Assembly: GCA_049296775.1 (NCBI GenBank)
Contig: JBAQTB010000001.1
Span: forward strand, 31,491 to 95,490
Direction: 5' to 3'
DNA: 64,000 nt
Source: Patescibacteria group bacterium
GTDB taxonomy: Bacteria; Patescibacteriota; Patescibacteriia; UBA9934
This document shows, piece after piece, positions 58,213 to 64,000 of the stretch; the stretch's first letter is position 1, and every line of letters starts with the position of its first letter. Position numbers and translations under genes: made by a program. The notes under the pieces are model-generated. The model ran no database searches, was not told where the DNA came from, and saw only the letters and a program-made list of their open reading frames with translations.

Positions 58213-58794
58213 TTGCCCAAGGGTACATTAAAAGCCGAATTGTTTCAAGCCTACCGTGGTATACTTTTCAATGATATGGAGTCACCAAAATCAGACATAA
58301 AGGCCTTTGAGGACGGCATCGACGTTGGCCGGGTACTTTTAGCCTGGGAAGCTTGGGAATTTGAACCCACGGAAAGGTCGACTAGATGGTATGTCATTGC
58401 GGCAACCTTAGGGCTAGGTATGCTAGTTTACGCTTTGCTATCTGCCAACTTTGTGTTTGCTCTCATTATTGTGATGTTTGCGGTCATCATGCTCATGCGT
58501 GACTTACGTAAACCGGCCAGAGTTCAAGTGGCTATAACGACTGACGGCGTGGTCTTTAAGAACGAATTCTTTCCGTTTGCGGATATCAAGGATTTCTCGA
58601 TTATTTACGAGCCCCCAGCGATCAAAAATCTGTACCTAGGCTTCAATGGCAAACTCACACCCATGATGTCCATTCCGCTTGAGGATGCCGACCCAATTCA
58701 GGTCAGAGAGGAGCTCTTGCCGTTTATCTTTGAAAACCTAGATAGAGATGCGGAGAGTTTGACAGATACCCTGTCTAGAGTGTATAAGTTGTAG
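58213..58794 (+). CDS. Hypothetical membrane protein.
   Basis: 193 aa with two central TM helices (WYVIAATLGLGMLVYALLSANFVFALIIVMFAVIML). The start is uncertain, and MESPKSDIK is an alternative. Confidence 0.45.
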   Translation: MPKGTLKAELFQAYRGILFNDMESPKSDIKAFEDGIDVGRVLLAWEAWEFEPTERSTRWYVIAATLGLGMLVYALLSANFVFALIIVMFAVIMLMRDLRKPARVQVAITTDGVVFKNEFFPFADIKDFSIIYEPPAIKNLYLGFNGKLTPMMSIPLEDADPIQVREELLPFIFENLDRDAESLTDTLSRVYKL

Positions 58795-58817
58795 ACGTAA
58801 ATTATCCAGGCAGACCT

Positions 58818-58894
58818 GCGGGCGTAGCTCAGCTGGATAGAGCATCAGCTTGCGGAGCTGAGGGTCGGGGGTTCGAATCCCTCCGCTCGCACCA
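58818..58894 (+). tRNA. tRNA-Arg(GCG).
   Basis: GCGGGCGTAGCTCAGCTGGATAGAGCATCAGCTTGCGGAGCTGAGGGTCGGGGGTTCGAATCCCTCCGCTCGCACCA. A canonical cloverleaf with anticodon loop UUGCGGA, anticodon GCG and an encoded CCA. Confidence 0.8.
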
Positions 58895-58925
58895 AAAAAT
58901 CCTCTCTTTGGAGAGGATTTTTTAA
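58895..58925. terminator. Bidirectional terminator after tRNA-Arg (+) and znuB (-).
   Basis: aaaaaa-tcctctc-tttg-gagagga-tttttt. Confidence 0.7.
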
Positions 58926-58938
58926 TTGCTCATCACAA

Positions 58939-59742
58939 CTAACCGCGCCTAAAGACACTCAAACTAATAGCACCAAAAATCCCAATCGCCACTAACACAA
59001 TCGCTCCCCCAGCTGCAATGTCGTAAGTATATGAAAGTAATAAACCAGTCACCACTGACACTAAGGAAATAATCACAGCTACAACGCTGGTAGCCTTAAA
59101 GCTCAAGCCTAAACGCATCGCCGCTAGCACAGGAATCACCATCAGCGCCCCCATCAGTAGTACTCCCACCACACGCATCCCCACCGCCACGGTCATGGCC
59201 GTCATGAGGGCCAAGGCGGTGTTCAAAACAGCCACCTTGAGACCCTGGGCCTTGGCGACCTCTTCATCAAAAGCGAGTAGAAAAAATTCTTTAAAGAATA
59301 AAATGCACAAACCCAGCACCACACCCACAACCGCAGCAATCAACCACAAGTCGTGAACGCTGACGGTAGTGATGCCACCAAAGAGGTATTGGAGTACACC
59401 AGCATTAAATTTGTTAACCGCGCTCATGCCCACCACTGCAAACGCTAAACTACCTGACAAGATTAGCGCCAAAAGCGAATCACCAGAGAACCAACCAAGC
59501 GTACGTAATTTCTCAATAAACAAGGCTGCGATGACTGCAGTGACACCAGCAGCTAACAAAGGGTCGATACCTAGCAAAAAGCCCAAGGCTACACCGGCCA
59601 AGGAGGCGTGTGCCAACGTATCTGCAATCAAAGCCTGACGCCTAACCGTCAGGAACATACCGAGCAATGGTGCCACAGCCCCAATGAGCAGACCAGCCAC
59701 CAAGGCGCGGCGCATGAAATCGAAATCGAGAAAATCTAACAT
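58939..59742 (-). CDS. znuB: Metal ABC transporter permease (ABC-3/ZnuB family).
   Basis: 267 aa with 8 TM helices. The N-terminus MLDFLDFDFMRRALVAGLLIG and the IADTLAHASLAGVALGF segment are typical of ZnuB/MntB/TroCD permeases. Confidence 0.85.
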   Translation of the reverse strand: MLDFLDFDFMRRALVAGLLIGAVAPLLGMFLTVRRQALIADTLAHASLAGVALGFLLGIDPLLAAGVTAVIAALFIEKLRTLGWFSGDSLLALILSGSLAFAVVGMSAVNKFNAGVLQYLFGGITTVSVHDLWLIAAVVGVVLGLCILFFKEFFLLAFDEEVAKAQGLKVAVLNTALALMTAMTVAVGMRVVGVLLMGALMVIPVLAAMRLGLSFKATSVVAVIISLVSVVTGLLLSYTYDIAAGGAIVLVAIGIFGAISLSVFRRG

Positions 59743-59743
59743 A

Positions 59744-60889
59744 CTAGTGATGATGAGCTAAACGTTTGGTAGGCGTAGCAGAGGCAGGACGAGCCAACGA
59801 GCCAAAAACTGCGGCCGCGAAAGCAGTGGCAATAGGCACAGCTAGCATTAAGGCGGTACCACCGACTAAAGCCCGCAGCACCTCTTCCACGATATTTTCA
59901 TTATTCAAGATAATCCAGAGCGGTGGATGCTCTGGCAAGGCAAAGAGCAGAAAGAGTGGAAAAGAGGCGCCAGCGTACGCCAACACCAACGTATTCACCA
60001 AGGCGGCAATATGGTCCCTACCCACCGAAATCCCCCGCTTATACAACTCCATGGCCCCTAGGCTAGTGTTGGCGCGGCTAATCTCATCCACGGCCGCCAC
60101 CTGAGCGGTAGTCACGTCATCCAAGACACCAAGAGAGCCCAGGATAATGCCACCAAGCAATAAGCCACGGAGATCAAGAGTAGGCAAATAACTCAGCTGT
60201 AAAAATACCGCTTCTTCTGTACCTGTACCGGCTAAACTCGCAAAACCTACCGCCAATAAAGCTAGAGCAAAGGCAGCCACCAGCGCCACCAGGGTAGCTA
60301 CGAGTGCTACGTAGGAGCGCCTGTTGAAACCGTGTGCCAGCAAAATCGACGTCACGGCAATAGCGCATGAACCAATGAAAGAGATCAGGATCGGGCTATC
60401 CCCGGCAATAATGCGTGGCACCACAAATAGCATCAAAATCAACAAGCTCACAGATAATCCGAGCAGTGACCCAGCGCCACGCATGCGGCCAAAGGCAATG
60501 GCGGTCAAGGCAAAGATCACTACGTAAATCAGGATTGTCGGCAAACGATAACTATCTAAGATGTAATAATTCGAACCTCTCGCATCAATGACCTCCGCCA
60601 TGACCACGCGGCTGCCTTTAGCCAGTCTCTGATCCCGGTAACTGGCGGAAGAAAAAGTGTAAGTCACCGTTATGGCTTGCCCCTCATCTTCTCCAGATAA
60701 AATTTCAACCAAAACTACCTGACTCGCATCATCAAACGGAGCGGCCGAGCCAGGATGATCTTCCATGACTTCAATCACCTTGCCACGCGCGTACTCCTGA
60801 CTATCAATTGGCTCGTCCTGAGCTAAGGCTAACGGTGCCCAACCAAAACCTGCTACCAGCAACAACAGCCCTAACAAAAAATGACGCAT
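59744..60889 (-). CDS. YibE/F-family membrane protein embedded in the zinc-uptake operon.
   Basis: 381 aa with a signal/TM segment, a soluble N-domain, then a polytopic YibE/F-like core (LGLSVSLLILMLFVVPRIIAGDSPILISFIGSCAIAV...). The C-terminus ends with HHH. Confidence 0.65.
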   Translation of the reverse strand: MRHFLLGLLLLVAGFGWAPLALAQDEPIDSQEYARGKVIEVMEDHPGSAAPFDDASQVVLVEILSGEDEGQAITVTYTFSSASYRDQRLAKGSRVVMAEVIDARGSNYYILDSYRLPTILIYVVIFALTAIAFGRMRGAGSLLGLSVSLLILMLFVVPRIIAGDSPILISFIGSCAIAVTSILLAHGFNRRSYVALVATLVALVAAFALALLAVGFASLAGTGTEEAVFLQLSYLPTLDLRGLLLGGIILGSLGVLDDVTTAQVAAVDEISRANTSLGAMELYKRGISVGRDHIAALVNTLVLAYAGASFPLFLLFALPEHPPLWIILNNENIVEEVLRALVGGTALMLAVPIATAFAAAVFGSLARPASATPTKRLAHHH

Positions 60890-60892
60890 ACG

Positions 60893-61648
60893 CTAATGCT
60901 GATGTAAAATCTTAGCTTTTTTACCGTAAGTCTTATCCATAGCACCGGTCTCCATGACCTCCTCCGTGGGACCGTGGCAAACCAAATGCTTATTCAAGCA
61001 CAGGACAGTATCGACCTCATGCGTCACAATATCCAAATCATGCGACACGATCACAATCGTCAGACCTTGGTCATGCAATTTTCTCAAAAACGCGTAAAAG
61101 GATTCTTGGCTAGGTGCATCCACGGCGGCTGTGGGTTCATCTAGCATGAGCAAGGTTGGATCACCAGCTAAAGCTCTGGCGATCATGACGCGCTGACGCT
61201 CACCGCCTGACAAGGTACCAATTCTGCGGTAAGCCAAATGAGCTACATCCGCTGTTTTCATGGCACGTTTAACCGCAGCTTTATCCGCCTTGGAACGCAT
61301 GGATAAAAACCCACGCATGGCCGTTCGGCCACTCAAAACTACTTCTTCGACCGTAGCTGGAAATAGTCTATCTTCTGCCGCAGCACGCTGCGGTACGTAC
61401 CCAATTCTCGCTCTTGATTCTGAATATTTAACCGGATCACCCAACAAAATCACCTCGCCCTGCTCAGGCTTAAGTAAGCCCAACATGATTTTTAACAACG
61501 TCGTCTTGCCTCCCCCATTTGGCCCAACTATCCCCACGTAATCCCCAGCCTTGAGATCGAAAGATACGTTGTCTAAGATAAGATTCTTAGCATACGCAAA
61601 GGTAACCCCTTGCACACTCATGACTGAGGTCTTAGCTTTTACCGACAT
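60893..61648 (-). CDS. znuC: Metal ABC transporter ATP-binding protein.
   Basis: Walker A GPNGGGKTTLLK, the ABC signature LSGGERQR and Walker B LLMLDEP. Confidence 0.9.
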   Translation of the reverse strand: MSVKAKTSVMSVQGVTFAYAKNLILDNVSFDLKAGDYVGIVGPNGGGKTTLLKIMLGLLKPEQGEVILLGDPVKYSESRARIGYVPQRAAAEDRLFPATVEEVVLSGRTAMRGFLSMRSKADKAAVKRAMKTADVAHLAYRRIGTLSGGERQRVMIARALAGDPTLLMLDEPTAAVDAPSQESFYAFLRKLHDQGLTIVIVSHDLDIVTHEVDTVLCLNKHLVCHGPTEEVMETGAMDKTYGKKAKILHQH

Positions 61649-62610
61649 AACATAGCGGCACTTAAGGCCTCCAAATTGGTACGCATAACTGAGAGATAGT
61701 CCTCAGAGTTAGCTAATTCTTCCTCAGTCAACCCTTCTAGCGGATTCAAGACAGCTGTCTCAGCCCCGATCTCTTTAGCTAAAGTCTGAGCCAACTCTGG
61801 GCTAACTAAAGTCTCAAAGAAAATCGTCTTGACACCCAAGCTTCTAGCCGTACGCGCTAAGGCAGTTAAATCTTTCACAGACGGCTCGGCGTCCGGTGAC
61901 ATGCCTGCAATCGAGTGCAGATTGAAGTTGTAACGTCGACTCAAATATCCAAAGGCATCATGCGCTGCAATAATATCATTAAGCTGACATTGAGCTAAGG
62001 CGGCGGTATATTCATCAGCTAAATCCATGAGCTTCAGTGTATACGCCTCAGCGTTAGCGGCATAAATTTGAGCACGGACCGGATCTGCACTAGTGAGTGT
62101 GCTCCGAATTCCTTCAATTGCCTGTTGCATGAGTACCGGATCCAACCAAATATGCGGATCGATATTGCCGTGCTCATGTTCATGATCATCTGCCACTACT
62201 TCAACCTCCCCACCTGACAGTTCATAAAATGGCACCACCGTCTCAATGCCTAAAGTGAGTCCGCCGGCTGCCATGACATCTGGAGCCAGATCCTCAGCCC
62301 AAGCGTCTAAACCCCCACCCAAATACACCAGCACATCCGCCTGCAGCAAATCCGTCACGTCACGGGGTGTGGGTTCATAATCATGCGGCTCAGCACCAGG
62401 CGGAATCAGGTTAGCCACATACACGTACTCACCGCCCACCTGACGAATCAACTCTTCTAACGGATATAAGGTGGTGACTACAAACAAGCGATTTTCCCGC
62501 GGCACAGATTTGGTATCTGGTGCTCCGAGCCAAATGACCACGCCCAAGATACCTAAAAAGAAAATGACGGAGATCAAGCTAACGACATGAGTTTTCATAC
62601 GGTTTGACAC
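61639..62610 (-). CDS. znuA: Metal (Zn/Mn) ABC transporter substrate-binding protein (TroA/ZnuA family).
   Basis: N-terminal TM/signal segment, a cluster-9 SBP fold and a His/Asp/Glu-rich loop (DDHEHEHGNIDPHIWLDP) typical of ZnuA. Confidence 0.85.
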   Translation of the reverse strand: MSNRMKTHVVSLISVIFFLGILGVVIWLGAPDTKSVPRENRLFVVTTLYPLEELIRQVGGEYVYVANLIPPGAEPHDYEPTPRDVTDLLQADVLVYLGGGLDAWAEDLAPDVMAAGGLTLGIETVVPFYELSGGEVEVVADDHEHEHGNIDPHIWLDPVLMQQAIEGIRSTLTSADPVRAQIYAANAEAYTLKLMDLADEYTAALAQCQLNDIIAAHDAFGYLSRRYNFNLHSIAGMSPDAEPSVKDLTALARTARSLGVKTIFFETLVSPELAQTLAKEIGAETAVLNPLEGLTEEELANSEDYLSVMRTNLEALSAAMLCR

Positions 62611-63029
62611 TGACTACACAGTCCAAAAAATTCTAAGGTGTGACGAGTAACTTGAAAATTGTGCTGACTCGCTACAAGCTCATCCAATTCATGCACCGTC
62701 TCGTCAATAGCGACGTCGGTAATCTTGTGGCACTGCAAGCACACGGCGTGATGATGGTGATCTAATTGCGACCACTCGTACCTGAGCTTAGTGTCAGACA
62801 AGACTACGGCGTGGATGAGTTTCTGTTTAGTGAGAAAGTCGATCTCGCGGTAAAGCGTCGCGCGGTGTACGGCCACTTCCCGATCTTTCAAGTACACGTT
62901 CAGCTCCTCAAGCGTTAAGGGTTGGTGCTTGGTAGAAAAAATCTCTAGCAAGGCGGCACGTAATTTAGTGATCTTGAAACCGGCCGTCTGCAGTTTGAAG
63001 ATTAAGGGACTGGGCTGCGTATGAGACAT
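62595..63029 (-). CDS. zur: Fur-family metalloregulator, probably the zinc uptake regulator Zur.
   Basis: 144 aa with a winged-helix N-terminus, HHHHAVCLQCHKI and the C-terminal CSQC. It is the first gene of the znu operon. Confidence 0.8.
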   Translation of the reverse strand: MSHTQPSPLIFKLQTAGFKITKLRAALLEIFSTKHQPLTLEELNVYLKDREVAVHRATLYREIDFLTKQKLIHAVVLSDTKLRYEWSQLDHHHHAVCLQCHKITDVAIDETVHELDELVASQHNFQVTRHTLEFFGLCSQCQTV

Positions 63030-63037
63030 ATACTCAA

Positions 63038-63066
63038 AGTATAACGCGACAGTGTCGCATTTGCAA
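63038..63066 (-). promoter_or_regulatory. Promoter of the zur-znu operon with a palindromic operator in the spacer, and probably a leaderless mRNA.
   Basis: On the minus strand: TTGCAA, a 17 nt spacer containing the palindrome GCGACACTGTCGC, then TATACT, with 8 nt between the -10 and the ATG. Confidence 0.5.
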
Positions 63067-63073
63067 GTATACC

Positions 63074-63718
63074 CTATCCTTCGGCTAAAGTTAGGGCAAA
63101 AACCTGCGTCCCGGCCTGTTGCTCTAAAATTCCTTTTGCCGCCCCTAGAGTGGCGCCGGTCGTCCAGACGTCATCCACTAATAAAATCTTGGCCGGTACT
63201 GGTGTTCCAGCTTTCAAACGAAACGGGCTTTGCGCCATAGCTAGCCTGCGCTCGTCATAGCCCAGATCAGCTTGATGTCCAGCTCGGTGAGTCCGCTCCA
63301 AGCCTTCACACACCGGCAGGTTAAGTTCCCCAGCCAACCAGTCGGCTAACAAACGTGATTGATTGAACCCACGTTCACGTAATCTCTTGGGACTAAGCGG
63401 CAACGGCATAATCGCCTCCACACCCAAAGCTGAGAGTTGTGATTTGAAAGGTGCCAACTGCAAACTAGCCTCGGCTTTCAAAAGCTCAAAAGCTGATTGG
63501 TCATACGTGTATTTCCAGGTACAAATCAGCTGTCTCACCAGCGGATTAGCGTACGCGAATAAGGAGATGTGGTCACTGGCAGGGGCCGGCGGCTCATGTT
63601 CCCACGCAGCCAAACAAGTCTGACACAGCAAAGCGCCCTCAGTCTGACAGTTAACGCAAAAACGCGGGAAGACCGCGTTTAAGCACCAAGTTAGCAATTT
63701 ACTTCCAGGTAAGGCCAT
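63074..63718 (-). CDS. comF: ComF family protein (competence-associated phosphoribosyltransferase-like).
   Basis: An N-terminal double zinc ribbon (CVNCQTEGALLCQTC) and a C-terminal PRTase motif ILLVDDVWTTGATL. Confidence 0.8.
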   Translation of the reverse strand: MALPGSKLLTWCLNAVFPRFCVNCQTEGALLCQTCLAAWEHEPPAPASDHISLFAYANPLVRQLICTWKYTYDQSAFELLKAEASLQLAPFKSQLSALGVEAIMPLPLSPKRLRERGFNQSRLLADWLAGELNLPVCEGLERTHRAGHQADLGYDERRLAMAQSPFRLKAGTPVPAKILLVDDVWTTGATLGAAKGILEQQAGTQVFALTLAEG

Positions 63719-64000
63719 TGATCAACCAATCTTCCCCCGACTTAACCAAGTTCACCTCTGCGTCCTGGTAACGCACGGACACGTTCCCCGGGCTGCCTAC
63801 CGCCTCCTGACGCTGCGTGGTGATGAGTAGTGTAGCGTCAGTCTCAGTCACAGACTCAGTCTTAACGCCGATCACAATGGTAGAAATGCCCGTATAACCA
63901 GAGGCCTCGTCTAACTGACGACGGTAACCAGCCACCAAGGTTTGCAAAGTACTCTGATAGGCCGGAGTCGCCAACAGCATCACGTCATCCACGTTCTCAA
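63699..64000 (-). CDS. Hypothetical protein, partial. It extends beyond the right edge, and its C-terminus overlaps the comF start.
   Basis: Open frame on the minus strand to the window edge. The visible C-terminal 97 aa are Thr/Val/Gln-rich with no recognisable motif. Confidence 0.35.
   Translation of the reverse strand, partial: ENVDDVMLLATPAYQSTLQTLVAGYRRQLDEASGYTGISTIVIGVKTESVTETDATLLITTQRQEAVGSPGNVSVRYQDAEVNLVKSGEDWLINGLTWK

Overview
This 64 kb window looks like a compact, gene-dense bacterial chromosome segment at about 50 % GC. From the sequence alone the lineage is uncertain. It has a small-genome flavour: ThrS lacks its N-terminal domains, there are many hypothetical membrane or surface proteins and a giant FN3 adhesin, and it carries nucleotide-salvage genes and an orphan pyrF rather than a full de novo pathway. 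It also has Firmicutes-like features: a T-box leader, LemA/HtpX, ClpC, YibE/F, a 3D-domain protein, ComF, and a Ctc-type L25. That combination fits a CPR/Patescibacteria-like or otherwise reduced Gram-positive-like organism.

Recognisable housekeeping genes:
- Translation and transcription: rplY(ctc), secE-nusG-rplK-rplA (with two inserted genes), gatB, miaA, thrS, pheS-pheT.
- Replication and repair: gyrB, dnaE, radA, recG.
- Proteases and chaperones: rseP, htpX, clpC.
- Envelope and other: an FtsW/RodA-type SEDS protein, ddl, a phosphohexomutase, lemA, a NUDIX hydrolase, comF.
- Thymidylate cluster: a cytidylyltransferase-like gene, an NT-like/dCMP-deaminase fusion, hit, thyA, folA, dut.
- Zinc uptake operon: zur-znuA-znuC-yibE/F-znuB.

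RNA features:
- Four tRNA genes: Ser-UGA, Ser-GCU, Arg-GCG, and a Thr-CGU candidate with an odd anticodon stem.
- A T-box-like leader with its own sigma70 promoter upstream of thrS.
- Many intrinsic terminators, several of them bidirectional.

Accessory-looking content:
- A block of four unannotatable hydrophilic proteins between miaA and thrS.
- A roughly 2.7 kb island of higher GC carrying an orphan type-2 OMP decarboxylase.
- An ~80 nt hairpin repeat that follows both tRNA-Ser genes, one copy sitting upstream of a small GIY-YIG nuclease.
- A 1661 aa secreted FN3-repeat protein with C-terminal 'GEAWY' repeats and EF-hand/dockerin-like loops.
- A Com-zinc-finger/PAS fusion protein.
- A G-rich in-frame repeat insertion inside the phosphohexomutase gene.
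- A structured ~300 nt convergent intergenic region between radA and recG.

No CRISPR array, integrase, transposase or rRNA was seen. All functional calls come from motif-level reading of the translated ORFs, with no database search, and should be confirmed with HMM/BLAST, tRNAscan-SE and Rfam.
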